In this document: one piece after another, positions 11,537-24,484 of the stretch
Layout of the letters: the number at the start of each line of letters is the position of its first letter
Position numbering within the stretch: position 1 is the stretch's first letter
Source of the DNA: Pristiophorus japonicus
Taxonomy: Eukaryota
Assembly (NCBI RefSeq): GCF_044704955.1
Contig: NC_092002.1
Coordinates: 9,858,001-9,922,000, forward strand
Direction: 5' to 3'
DNA: 64,000 nt
Notes under the pieces: generated by a model
The model's database searches: none
Told to the model about the DNA's origin: nothing
What the model saw: only the letters and a program-made list of their open reading frames with translations
Program-made: the position numbers and the translations under genes

Positions 11537-12239
11537 CTACAACACAAAAAACACCCAACTTGGGTTAGATTAAGGACGCAGTTATTTGCACGGTCAAAAT
11601 GGCAGCATTGTCTCTAATTGGCTCTCTATTGTCACATGACCCGATTGCTGATTGGTCCCCTTGGAGGAAAAGCCACACCAGATTAATCCGCAGGGGTCTC
11701 GGAGCCATACAGGGGGGCGGGTACCACCACTGATCTGGAGACCATGAGCTCGGTGCCAGGTTTGAGATCCTGCTCTTCAAACACTCTCTTCCTCAGGCGC
11801 ACTGAAGGCGGTGTTGGATTCAGTCAGCGACTTCTGTCCTCGCTGTTTATATTCCAAGTACAAACAGCGGAAGGAGCACACGACAACCCAAGCACCCCCT
11901 CCCACCCACTCCGTCCCTCCAACCACCGTCTGCCCCACCTGTGACAGAGACTGTGGGTCCCGCATTGGACTCAGTCGCCTTAGGACTCTCACTGGCGTGG
12001 AAGCAAGTCTCCCTCAACTCCGGGGGGGGGGGCGCGGGGGGAACTGCCTCAGAAGTAGAATCCTCACGGGAGCCGAGCGTTCCTGCCTCTTGGAGCAGAT
12101 GAACTCAGTGCCGATGGAATAGATTTCAGACATGTGACCCGAGTAGTCACTGGGCTTCTGCTAGTCTCCAGAAGGGGGAACCCACTCAACCCAACACAAT
12201 TGCCGTGCCACCCGCCAGTCGTGTCTCATGTGGGTAGCA

Positions 12240-12638
12240 CATAAAAGAAATAGGAGCAGGAATCGGCCATTCGGCCCCTCGAGCCTGCTCCGCCATTCAA
12301 TATCACGGCTGATCTTCGACCTCAACTCCACTTTTCCACCCAATCCCCATATCCCTTAATATCCAAAAATCTATCAATCTCTGTCTTGAATATACTCAAC
12401 GACTGAGCTCTCGAGGGTAGAGAATCCCAAAGATTCACCACCCTCTGAGTGAAGAAGTTTCTCCTCATCTCAGTCCTAAATGGCCGACCCCTTATTCTGA
12501 GACTGTGTGACCCCTGGTTCTAGACTCCCCAGCCCGGGGGAAACATCCTCCCTGTCAAGCCCTGTAAGAATTCTGTATGTTGCAATGAGATCATCTCTCA
12601 TTCTTCTAAACTCTAAGAGATTATCTAGTCTACTCAGC
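12240..12638 (-). mobile_element. CR1 LINE 3' fragment
   Basis: Reverse complement of the CR1 tail and SRTRGH/FFTQRVV region. Confidence 0.85.
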
Positions 12639-12639
12639 C

Positions 12640-13075
12640 TAGCACTCTCGCCTCAGAGTCGAAAGGTCATGGGTTGAAGTCCCACTCCAGGGACCTGAGC
12701 ACATAAATCTAAGCTGACACCCAGTGCAGTGCTGAGGGAGTGCTGCACTGTCGGAGGTGCCTCTTTCAGATGAGACGGTAAACCGAGGCCCTTCTGCTCT
12801 CTCAGGTGGATGTAAAAGATCCCATGGCACTATATCGAAGAGCAGGGGAGTTCTTCCCAGTGTCCTGGGGCCAATATTTATCCCTCAATCAACATAAAAC
12901 AGATTATCTGGGTCATTATTACATTGCTGATTGTGGGAGCTTGCTGTGCGCAAATTGGCTGCCGCATTTCCCACATTACAACAGTGACTACACTCCAAAA
13001 TAAAAATACTTTAATATTCGCTAAAACGCTTTGGGACGTCCCGAGGACGTGAAAGGCGCTATCGAAATGCAAGTT
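12640..13075 (+). mobile_element. DeuSINE copy
   Basis: Colinear with 2152-2622. Confidence 0.88.
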
Positions 13076-13114
13076 TATTCTTTTCTTCGCTGGAGACTTC
13101 AATGCTGGTGGGGT

Positions 13115-13782
13115 GTTACCTCTAGATTTGATCACTCCAGCGCACTCCTGGCTGGCCTCCCACATTCTACCCTACGTAAACTGGAGGTGATCCAAAACTC
13201 GGCTGCCTGTGTCCTAACTCGCACCGAGTCCCGCTCACCCATCACCCACTGTGCTTGCCGACCCCGTGTCCTAACTCGCACCGAGTCCCGCTCACCCATC
13301 ACCCACTGTGCTTGCCGACCCCGTGTCCTAACTCGCACCGAGTCCCGCTCACCCATCACCCACTGTGCTTGCTGACCTATCTTGGCTCCCGGTTAAGCAA
13401 CGCTTCGATTTCAAAATTCTCATCCTTGCTTACAAATCCCTCCATGGCCTCGCTCCCCTCCCGCCCCACAACCCCCCCCCACAACCCACACTCCCCCCCC
13501 CTCCCCCCGAGATGTCTGCGCTCCTCTAATTCTGCTCTCCTGGGCATCCCTGATTATAATCGTCCCACCATCTCACGGGCTGTTGCCTGGGCCCCAAGCT
13601 CTGGATCTACCTCTCTTACCTCTCTTACCTCTCGCTCATTGAAACCTACCTCCTTGACCAACCTGCCCTAATTTCTACTTATGCACCCCGGTGTCAAACT
13701 TGTGTCTTATAACACTCCTGCAAAGCGCCTTGGGACGTTTCACTACGTTAAAGGCGCTATATAGATACAAGTTGTTGTTGTT
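13115..13782 (+). mobile_element. L2 LINE 3' fragment with internal 57-bp triplication (about 13207-13377)
   Basis: SRFDHSSALLAGLPHSTLRKLEVIQNSAA; RVLTRTESRSPITHCAC x3; (TTG)n tail. Confidence 0.88.
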
Positions 13783-14044
13783 GAAACCTCATGACCTCCA
13801 CCTGAACCTGGGAGGGCTTTGAGTGGAGACGTTGGACCAGTGATGACGACCCCTCACCACCCACCCTTCCCCCATCAGAAGCCTCCGACAAACAGCGCCT
13901 TGACACAACCCAATGAAAATGGGCGCTCGGCCATGAGTAACAGCGTGACACCCAAGGGTGGAGTCAACGGCCTTGAGCGTTGTGGGTGGGAGGGCGTTAG
14001 GGTGGCGGTAACGAGCACTGAAACCCGATAGGAAAAGAACTGAG

Positions 14045-14182
14045 NNNNNNNNNNNNNNNNNNNNNNNNNNNNNNNNNNNNNNNNNNNNNNNNNNNNNNNN
14101 NNNNNNNNNNNNNNNNNNNNNNNNNNNNNNNNNNNNNNNNNNNNNNNNNNNNNNNNNNNNNNNNNNNNNNNNNNNNNNNNNN
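14045..14182. other. Assembly gap (138 N) within intron 1 of the RhoU-like gene
   Basis: Run of n characters. Confidence 1.
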
Positions 14183-14681
14183 TTTTAAAACCTACTCTGG
14201 GAAATCCAGGTGCAATCAAAGACTTTTAGACTCTGTATCGGAAGGACAATGTTCGGCAAGAGATTTCAGTCAGCGCCCTGTGCAAACACGCCTCGCGGGA
14301 CATCAAAGGGAACAGGCTTCACAGCACAGCAGCGGTGAAAAAAAAATAAACAGAGAATGTCAAGGTCCACCAAGTCTTGTGATGGGGCCTCGCGGCAGGA
14401 TTGAGGGGAGGGAGCGTAAACACGTCGTGCAGATTGAGATCAGCTGGTGACATTCTCCATCTCCCCCCCACCCCCCCCTCCCTTCCGCCTCTTTGCCTCT
14501 CGATAGGTATGGGAAAATATCAGTGACTCACGAGAACAAATACAGCTTTTGATGTACCAGCGTGGGGAAGTTCCGAGCTTGACCTTGTCGAGTTCGTTGA
14601 TGACCAGTAATCTTAGACTCGTAGGCAGGGTGGGAGGGGGAAGGAATATCTCACCCAGAGCCTTCACCTCTCAATGGCAAT

Positions 14682-15452
14682 TGTTAATGTATTTGCTTCA
14701 TGGGCCCTTTGCTTAAGAATTCATAGCAACACATTGCTATTAAGAACTAGTTGGTTTATTAGCAAAAGGTTTAACAATCACACGACACATTACCAGTTCA
14801 TCCACCAGGCTCACAACCACCTGCCTCATCCCCCGAACCCAATTGGCCGGGGTTTTATTGAGTCTTGTGAACATCACGTGACTGGCTGAGCCCCTCCCAA
14901 TTCAACAGCTCTACAACTATTTTAATTAAACTATAAAGCCGAGCGCCTCCTTATTAAAAGGAGCACTGGAACTGACAAATTAAACTTTGTTAAACGGCCA
15001 AATTAAAATTTGGTTGCCGGGGGTGATGACGCACTCCAATCCCTCCGCCACCTCTCGCGGAAGGCCGCGAGCGTACCGGTGGACACCGCGTGCTCCATCT
15101 CCAAGGACACCCTGGCTCGGATGTAACCGCGGAAGAGAGGCAGGCAGTCGGGCTGAACGACCTACTCGACCGCCCGCTGCCTGGACCGGCTGATGGCACC
15201 CTTGGCCGTGCCCAGGAACAGTCCTACGAGGAAGCCCTCGGACCTACCCGCTCCCCTCCGCATAGGGTGCCCAAAGATCAGGAGCATGGGACTGGAGTGC
15301 AACCAGAATTTGAGGAGCAGCCCCTTCAAATATTGGAATAGGGGCTGCAACCTCACACATTCCATAAAAACGTGGAACACTGACTCCTCTAGACCGCAGA
15401 AGTTCAACAGCTCTACAAACCCGTGAGCATACGCACAGGTGCAGACATTACA
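14682..15452 (-). mobile_element. Solo LTR (TG...CA) with 5-bp TSD GCAAT, interrupted by a Tx1/L1-type fragment
   Basis: GCAAT at 14677-14681 and 15453-15457; TGTAA...TTAACA termini on the minus strand; AATAAA signals; homologous to 30240-30507. Confidence 0.85.
14917..15402 (-). mobile_element. 5'-truncated Tx1/L1-clade LINE fragment with 16-bp TSD
   Basis: FCGLEESVFHVFMECVRL zinc-knuckle remnant; TTCAACAGCTCTACAA duplicated at 14901-14916 and 15403-15418. Confidence 0.8.
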
Positions 15453-15759
15453 GCAATGCTCACTGGCTCGCCGGTGATGCCACCCTCCCCAGTTGAATAG
15501 CCTGCCGCAACGCTCAGTCTGGGCTCAGCAAAATTTGACACCGAGCCACACGAGGAGATAATAGGACAGGTGACCAAAGGCTCCATCAAAGAGGCAGGTT
15601 TTTAAAGGTGCGTCTTAAAACAGGAGAGAAAGAGGCGGAGAGGTTTAGCGAGGGAGTTCCAGAGCTTGGGGCCCAGTCCGCAGAAGGCACGGCCGACAAT
15701 GGTGAAGCGATGGAAATCGGGGATGGGCAAGAGGAAAGAATTGGATACCACCACTCTTA

Positions 15760-16523
15760 CAAGGTACAATAATGCACGGACAGGATACAGGGAGCCAGCG
15801 GGCCAGGACCCTGCTTAGCACCAGTTTTCTTCCTGGGCTCCAGCAGCTCACAAGTGCTCATTGCTCGTGAGCAAATATGGCAACCGTGCTGCTCTCCATT
15901 CTCACCTATCCGTTCCCCGAACCAGATTAACCTTCCAGGGAGCCCAGTTCCAGTGATCCAATGAATGGGCGTCATCAGGACCCAAGTCGCCCTTGGGAGC
16001 GTGGGCAGGAGCATTGGCGGATCCCTGGTACAGCAGAGCAGTGGGAAGGTCCTGGCGGAATTGCGACGAGTGAGTGATCGGGGCAGAGCAGCGATGAGGG
16101 ATCGCGGCTGAGATTTGGTGGGCGATTGTGGCGGAGGTGCGGCGAATGTTTGGTGCGGAGGAGCGGTGAGGGATCGTGGCGGAAGTGCAGTGAATGAGGG
16201 TACGGGACCCAGAGTCGTCGAGGGCCCAGGGGGCAGCACGGGCCCAGCCCACACTGTGCGATATGTGCGTGCACTAGGTCCGTGCAGCAGAGCTGGTCTC
16301 CGGTCGACCTGGTTAACCCTTGCCACTGGACCAAGCTCTGTCAAGCCCCGTGTGGTGGCTGGTGTGCAACGGCCACCCCACGTTAAAAAAATCCACACAC
16401 AGGCATCCTCCACCCCCTCAATTGGAGTTCAGGACTGGAACATTGGGTCCTTCATTGAAACATTTGTGGACTCATGTGGAAGCAAGTCATCCTCGTTCGA
16501 GGGACCGCCGATGATGATGATGA
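15760..16523 (+). mobile_element. Non-autonomous element ending in the RTE 3' tail (RTE-dependent SINE or internally deleted RTE)
   Basis: Non-coding GC-rich body; terminal GTGGAAGCAAGTCATCCTCG...(GAT)n matches the RTE tails at 51950-51996 and 930-980. Confidence 0.6.
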
Positions 16524-17140
16524 AGTGCCTTGGGAGGTTAGACTACGTTAGAAGTGCTGTATAAATGCAAGTTGTAATTAAAGGTAAAGCTATGGACAGT
16601 ACTGGCATTCTACCATTAGATGTCACTAGTTTACGCTTCTCATCAGTACATTATGTCCGTGTTGTGCAAGGCCTCTCAAATGCGTCACTCCTCATACGGA
16701 GGCTACAAAAACCTTGAAAAAAAAGTCCATGGCCTCTCCCACTCATAATCCGGTCAGCGTGGTACTGATTATTGCTGAACTTTTGATTCCAACATTGGGA
16801 CTGCAGAAAGCTGGAGGGACGCCCTCATTTCAGGATCCCACATTCACACTGCAGGCAGCAAATGGAGGTGTCTCGGCTCCCCAAGGGAAGCAAACGTGTC
16901 CTGGCCCATCTGTGGGCATCGGTTCAGGATCACATCGGTCTGAGTACCGATCTATACCTGCCCCTCCCCAACTCCCCCGCCACTGCTGTGCCCTGTACAA
17001 ACTGGCCTCCCAGCCTTCAGCGAGACGCAAGAACGCGCGCAGTTACTAGCTCTCGTTAAACAAATCATTGCACTCAATCGGTCAGCGGTTTCGATATTAT
17101 GGTTGAAGTAACGGGCTGGGCTTAAAACGACCCTGCACCA

Positions 17141-19185
17141 TCACTGTATAACCCTGGGGTACAGTACTGGTGGGTACAGGTCTGTCACTGTATAACCCTG
17201 GGGTACAGTACTGGTGGGTACAGGTCTATCACTGTATAACACTGGGGTACGGTACTGGTGGGTACAGGTCTGTCACTGTATAACACTGGGGTACGGTACT
17301 GGTGGGTACAGGTCTGTCACTGTATAACCCTGGGGTACAGTACTGGTGGGTATAGGTCTGTCACTGTATAACACTGGGGTACAGTACTGGTGGGTACAGG
17401 TCTGTCACTGTATAACCCTGGGGTACAGTACTGGTGGGTACAGGTCTGTCACTGTATAACACTGGGGTACAGTACTGGTGGGTACAGGTTTGTCACTGTA
17501 TAACACTGGGGTACAGTACTGATGGGTACAGGTCTGTCATTGTATAACCCTGGGGTACAGTACTGGTGGGTACAGGTCTGTCACTGTATAACACTGGGGT
17601 ACAGTACTGGTGGGTACAGGTCTGTCACTGTATAACCCTGGGGTACAGTACTGGTGGGTACAGGTCTGTCACTGTATAACACTGGGGTACAGTACTAGTG
17701 GGTACAGGTCTGTCACTGTATAACACTGGGGTACAGTACTGGTGGGTACAGGTCTGTCACTGTATAACCCTGGGGTACAGTACTGGTGGGTACAGGTCTG
17801 TCACTTTATAACACTGAGGTACAGTACTGGTGGGTACAGGTCTGTCACTGTATAACACTGGGGTACAGTACTGGTGGGTACAGGTCTGTCACTGTATAAC
17901 ACTGGGGTGCAGTACTGTTGGGTACAGGTCTGTCACTGTATAACACTGGGGTACAGTACTAGTGGGTACAGGTCTGTCACTGTATAACACTGGGGTGCAG
18001 TACTGTTGGGTACAGGTCTGTCACTGTATAACACTGGGGTACAGTACTGGTGGGTACAGGTCTGTCACTGTATAACCCTGGGGTACAGTACTGGTGGGTA
18101 CAGGTCTATCACTGTATAACACTGGGGTACGGTACTGGTGGGTACAGGTCTGTCACTGTATAACACTGGGGTACGGTACTGGTGGGTACAGGTCTGTCAC
18201 TGTATAACCCTGGGGTACAGTACTGGTGGGTATAGGTCTGTCACTGTATAACACTGGGGTACAGTACTGGTGGGTACAGGTCTGTCACTGTATAACCCTG
18301 GGGTACAGTACTGGTGGGTACAGGTCTGTCACTGTATAACACTGGGGTACAGTACTGGTGGGTACAGGTTTGTCACTGTATAACACTGGGGTACAGTACT
18401 GATGGGTACAGGTCTGTCATTGTATAACCCTGGGGTACAGTACTGGTGGGTACAGGTCTGTCACTGTATAACACTGGGGTACAGTACTGGTGGGTACAGG
18501 TCTGTCACTGTATAACCCTGGGGTACAGTACTGGTGGGTACAGGTCTGTCACTGTATAACACTGGGGTACAGTACTAGTGGGTACAGGTCTGTCACTGTA
18601 TAACACTGGGGTACAGTACTGGTGGGTACAGGTCTGTCACTGTATAACCCTGGGGTACAGTACTGGTGGGTACAGGTCTGTCACTTTATAACACTGAGGT
18701 ACAGTACTGGTGGGTACAGGTCTGTCACTGTATAACACTGGGGTACAGTACTGGTGGGTACAGGTCTGTCACTGTATAACACTGGGGTGCAGTACTGTTG
18801 GGTACAGGTCTGTCACTGTATAACACTGGGGTACAGTACTAGTGGGTACAGGTCTGTCACTGTATAACACTGGGGTGCAGTACTGTTGGGTACAGGTCTG
18901 TCACTGTATAACACTGGGGTACAGTACTGGTGGGTACAGGTCTGTCACTGTATAACACTGGGGTATAGTACTGGTGGGTACAGGTCTGTCACTGTATAAC
19001 ACTGGGGTACAGTACTGGTGGGTACAGATCTGTCACTGTCTAACACTGGGGTACAGTACTGGTGGGTACAGGTCTGTCACTGTATAGCACTGGGGTACAG
19101 TACTGGTGGGTACAGGTCTGTCACTGTATAACACTGGGGTACAGTACTGGTGGGTACAGGTCTGTCACTGTATAACACTGGGGTA
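17141..19185. repeat. 44-bp minisatellite, about 46 copies, with an 880-bp higher-order duplication
   Basis: Unit TCACTGTATAACMCTGGGGTACAGTACTGGTGGGTACAGGTCTG. Confidence 0.97.
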
Positions 19186-19689
19186 GATTTTATACAAAGC
19201 TCCCGTGAGATTCCATGATCTACTATAGATCCATGAAGATTAAACGAGTGGACAGTATTGTTACAAGTGTATTATTAAGCATTATAGCACTGTTTGCGTC
19301 CGTCACACAACCTTGGCACTAAGGCCGGAAACATACCCGGCGGCCAGATTCCGTTAGAGTTCAGATATTTTTCTAAAATTTCTAATTAGTTTAAAAAAAA
19401 AGGGATCCAGACATTTAAAGACCCCGTTTCCCATCGCTAAACCCGTGGGGGGGGGGGGGCGGGGAGGCAGGATACTGAAGCTGAACAAAGAACAGATGCT
19501 GGCCAACCCCCCCGCCTCCACACACTCACTCAAGGCCACACAGGAAAGCAAAACTTCAACCCGACTCTGTGAGCCCCCCCACCTCCCCGAGGACCCCCGG
19601 TTATACACAGGCAAACCTGTTTTTTCCTCTCCTGAAGCTGCTGACTCCAGACTGAGCTGATTCGTCGCCACTGGTCCATCAGTCAAGCA

Positions 19690-20090
19690 CCCACTCCAGA
19701 GACTGGAGCACAAAAATCCAGGCCGACACTCCCAGTGCAGTGCTGAGGGAGCGCCGCACTGTCGGAGGTGCCGTCTTTCGGATGAGACGTTAAACCGAGG
19801 CCCCGTCTGCTCTCTCAGTTGGACGTAAAAGATCCCAGGGGCACTATTTCGAAGAAGAGCAGGGGGAGTTCTCCCCGGTGTCCTGGGGCCAATATTTATC
19901 CCTCAATCAACATAACAAAAAACAGATTATCTGGGTCATTATCACATTGCTGTTTGCGGGAGCTTGCTGTGCGCAAGTTGGCTGCTGCGTTTCCCACATT
20001 ACAGCAGTGTCTACCATCCAAAAGTATTTAATTGGCTGCAAAGCGCTTTGAGGTGTCCTGAAAGGCGCTATATAAATGCAAGTCTTTCTC
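19690..20090 (+). mobile_element. DeuSINE copy (5'-clipped)
   Basis: Colinear with other copies. Confidence 0.88.
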
Positions 20091-21054
20091 TCGTTCCCCT
20101 CAAGCTCCAAATATCCCACCCCAAACTCTCGTCTTCCTCCTCCCTGTATCTGCTAAAACGTTCTCATCGCACCCTCTCCTAACCCAACTCTTTATAGAAT
20201 TCATGGAATGTTCCAGCACAGCAGGAGGCCATTCGGCCCATCGTGCCTGCTCTGTGAAAGAGCGATCCAATCAGTCTCCTCTGTCCCCATCGACATGCAA
20301 AATTTCTCCTTTTCAAATATTTATCCAATTCCTCTTTTACTCAATTTAGTATTGAATCTGCTTCCAACCCCCTGTCTCAAATCTGTGTCCTCTGGTTACT
20401 GACCCTCCAGCCAGTGGAAACAGTTTCTGCTTATTTACTCTGAAGAACACCTCATCATTTTGAACACCTCTATTAAATCTCCCCTCAACCTTCTGCGCCC
20501 TGAGAATAACCCCAGTTTCTCTGGTCTCACCACGTGACTGAAGTCCCTCATCCCTCGTACCATCCAGGTAAATCTTCTCTGAACCCGCTCAGAGCAGGCT
20601 CGAGGGGCTGTATGGCCTACTCCTGCTCCTATTTCTAATGGTCTCTCCAAGGCCTTGACAACCTTCCTAAAGAATTGGATACATTTACTCCAGGTGGGGC
20701 CTGAGCAATAATTGATAAAGGTTTACCATAACTTCCTTCCTTGTGTATGTTCAAGGCTGAGATCGATAGATTTTTGGATACTGGGGGAATCAAGGGATAT
20801 GGGGATCGGGCGGGAAAGTGGAGTTGAGGTCGAAGATCAGCCGTGATCTCATTGAATGGCGGAGCCGGCTCGAGGGACCGAATGGCCGACCCTTGCTCCT
20901 AATTCTTATGGTCTTATATACTCTGTCTCTATTTTCTTCTCAAAATTATAGGACTCCTCACTTTCCTCAGTCGTTCCTTCATCCTGCAAACTACAAACTT
21001 TTAAACCGCAAGATAATATCACCTCAAAACTAAATTTAGCTCCTCTTCTCCTGC

Positions 21055-22840
21055 TCCAACTGTACAGGGTATTGGTGAGGCCACACCTGGAGTACTGCGT
21101 ACAGTTTTGGTCTCCTTATTTAAGGAAGGATATACTTGCATTGGAGGCAGTTCAGAGAAGGTTCATGTGGTTGATTCCGGAGATGAAGGGGTTGACTTAT
21201 GAAGAAAGGTTGAGTAGGTTGGGCCTGTACTCGTTGGAGTTTAGAAGAATGAGAGGCGATCTTATTGAAATGTACAAGATTCTGAGGGGGCTCGATAAGG
21301 TGGATGCAGAGAGGATGTTTTCCCTCGTGGGGGAATCTAGAACTGGGGGCCTAGTTTCAGAATTAGGGGCCGCCCATTTAGAACTGAGATGAGGAGGAAT
21401 TTCTTCTCTGAGGGTTGTAAATCTGTGGAATTATCCGCCCCATAGAGCTGTGGAGGCTGGGTCATTGAATATATTTAAGGCAGAGATAGACAGATTTTTG
21501 AGCAATAAGGGTTATGGGGAATGGTCAGGGAAGTGGAACTGAGTCCATGATCAGATCAGCCACAATCTTATTGAATGGCGGAGCAGGCTCGAGGGGCCAA
21601 ATGGCTGACTCCTACTCCTATTGCTTTTGAGTTCTTTAAAGATGTAACAAGCAGGGTGGATAAAAGGGAACCAGCGGATGTGGTGTATTTGGATTTCCAG
21701 AAGGCATTTGATAAGGTGCCACATAAAAGGTTACTGCACAAGATAAGAGCTCACGGGGTTGGTGATAATATATTAGCGTGGATAGAGGATTGGCTAACTA
21801 ACAGTAAACAGTGAGTTGGGATAAATGGGTCATTTTCAGGTTGGCAAATTGTAACTAGTGGGGTGCCACAGGGATCAGTGCTGGGGCCTCAACTATTTAC
21901 AATTTATATTAATGACTTGGATGAAGGGACCGAGTGTAATGTAGCCAAATTTGCTGATGATACAAAGATGGGTGGGAAAGCAAGTTGTGAGGAGGATGCA
22001 AATAATCTGCAAAGGGATATAGACAGGCTAAGTGAATGGATAAAAATTTGGTAGATGGAGTATAATGTGGGAAAATGTGAGTTTATCCACTTTGGTAGAA
22101 AAAAATAAAAAAAGCAAATTATTATTTAAATGGGGAGAGATTACAAAGTGCTGCAGTCCAGAGGGACCTGGGGGTCCTTGTGCATGAAACACAAAAAGTA
22201 ATCGTGCCACTACAGCAAGTAATCAGGAAGGCAAATGGAATGTTGGCCTTTATTGCAAGGGGGATAGAGTATAAAAGCAGAGAAGTCCTACTACAACTGT
22301 ACAGGGTATTGGTGAGGCCACACCTGGAGTACTGCGTACAGTTTTGGTCTCCTTATTTAAGGAGGGATCTAATTACATTGGAGGCAGTTCAGAGAAGGTT
22401 CCCGAGGTTGATTCCTGAGATGAAGGGGTTGTCTTATGAAGAAAGGTTGAGCAGGTTGGGCCTGTACTCATTGGGAGTTTAGAAGAATGAGAGGTGATCG
22501 TATTGAAACGTATAAGATTCTGAGGGGGCTGGACAGGGTAGATGCAGAGAGGATGTTTCCCCTTGTGGGGGAATCTAGAACTAGGGGGCACAGTTTCAGA
22601 ATTAGGCGTCGCCTATTTAAAACTGAGATGAGGAGCAATTTCTTCTCTGAGGGTTGTAAATCTGTGGAATTCTCTGCCCCAGAGAGCTGTGGAGGCTGGG
22701 TCATTGAATATATTTAAGGTGGAGATAGACAGATTTTTGAGCGATAAGGGAGTCAAGGGTTATGGGGAGCGGGCGGGGAAGTGGAGCTGAGTCCATGATC
22801 GGATCAGCCATGACCTTATTGAATGGCCGACTCCCACTCC
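21055..22840 (+). mobile_element. Two tandem CR1 fragments; the second (about 21625-22840) includes a disrupted reverse transcriptase domain
   Basis: DVVYLDFQKAFDKVPH, GVPQGSVLGP, KFADDTK, RPHLEYCVQFWSP with in-frame stops and frameshifts. Confidence 0.93.
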
Positions 22841-23126
22841 CTCTCATCTGGGTGCTGTCCTGTACTATTCTTCTGAATTAAACAGCTCATAGGTAGTTAT
22901 GTAATTTAAATCTTATCAGCTCCCATTTCGAGGCCACACGGGTTGCTGTCGTTCACTGCACCAGTCAGAATCGATGGGTCAAGGTGGCACGTGGGCAGGC
23001 AAGCCCAAATACAAGTTGCCGTGTCTGCATGGATCTGGCCCGGATGGTCATAAAGTGGGGCATCTCTGAATGATAGACAAGTGCTCTATGCTTAGGGATA
23101 AGGCAAATGGATGAAGAATATAGTGA

Positions 23127-23928
23127 CAGCTTTACTCTGTATCTAACCCTGTGCTGTACCTCCCCTGGGAGTGTTTGATGGGACAGTGTAGAGGGAGCTT
23201 TACTCTGTATCTAACCCTGTGCTGTACCTCCCCTGGGAGTGTTTGATGGGATAGTGTAGAGGGAGCTTTACTCTGTATCTAACCCTGTGCTGTACCTGCC
23301 CTGGGAGTGTTTGATGGGACAGTGTAGAGGGAGCTTTACTCTGTATCTAACCCCGTGCTGTACCTCCCCTGGGAGTGTTTGATGGGACAGTGTAGAAGGA
23401 GCGTTACTCTGTATCTAACCCTGTGCTGTACCTGCCCTGGGAGTGTTTGATGGGGACAGTGTAGAGGGAGCTTTACTCTGTATCTAACCCCGTGCTGTAC
23501 CTCCCCTGGGAGTGTTTGATGGGACAGTGTAGAAGGAGCGTTACTCTGTATCTAACCCTGTGCTGTACCTGCCCTGGGAGTGTTTGATGGGACAGTGTAG
23601 AGGGAGCTTTACTCTGTATCTAACCCCCTGTACCTCCCCTGGGAGTGTTTGCTGGGACAGTGTAGAGGGAGCTTTACTCTGTATCTAATCCTGTGCTGTA
23701 CCTGCCCTGGGAGTGTTTGATGGGACAGTGTAGAGAGAGCTTTACCCTGTATCTAACCCTGTACTGTACCTGCCCTGGGAGTGTTTGATGGGACAGTGTA
23801 GAGGGAGCTTTACTCTGTATCTAACCTGTGCTGTACCTGCCCTGGGGGTGTTTGATGTGACAGTGTAGAGGGAGCTTTACTCTGTATCTAACCCCGTGGT
23901 GTACTTGCCCCTGGAAGTGTTGATGGGA
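23127..23928. repeat. 68-bp minisatellite, about 12 copies
   Basis: Unit GAGCTTTACTCTGTATCTAACCCYGTGCTGTACCTKCCCTGGGAGTGTTTGATGGGACAGTGTAGAGG; period measured 23131 to 23199. Confidence 0.95.
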
Positions 23929-24484
23929 GTTTCCCTCACAAACACACACACCACAGAACTTTGTTGAAATTTAAAATTCAAACTTTTTACATCAGAAATG
24001 AAGGCATCAAAGAAATATACAAACTGACCACTGTGGGCTCATTTTCTACATTACAACAGTGACTGCTAATGTTTTAAAAAAAAGTACTTCACTGGCTGCA
24101 GATGTCCAAAGGTCACAAAAGTTACTGTAATGATGCAAGTCCTTTATTATTTTTCCCCCTTCACCGACTTTAAGTGGTGAAACTACCCAAAGACATTAAT
24201 GCCAGCCTGCTGCAGGAAGAGCACCGAGCATAGCTCAGTGGGCAGCACTCACTCCTCAGGCCAGGAGGGGTGGGTTCCAGCCCCACTGCAGGGTCTTGGC
24301 ACACACAATCTCTCAGCTGCGGTGCTGAGGGAGTGCTGCACTGTCGCAGGTGCCGTTAATCCGAGGCCCCGACCGTTGCTTTTGGATTACGTTGAAACTC
24401 CGAGTTAAAAAATAACTGGCCGTTTAATGATGTTATTGGGATCTTCATATAGCACGAGTTTGCAACTTTACATTGTAGTAACTG

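Noticed and set aside
17141-19185. Possible CRISPR-like array (also 23127-23928, 42816-43460)
   Set aside because: Head-to-tail units without unique spacers, no cas genes, vertebrate context.
21625-22840. Active CR1 reverse transcriptase gene
   Set aside because: 5'-truncated with in-frame stops and frameshifts.
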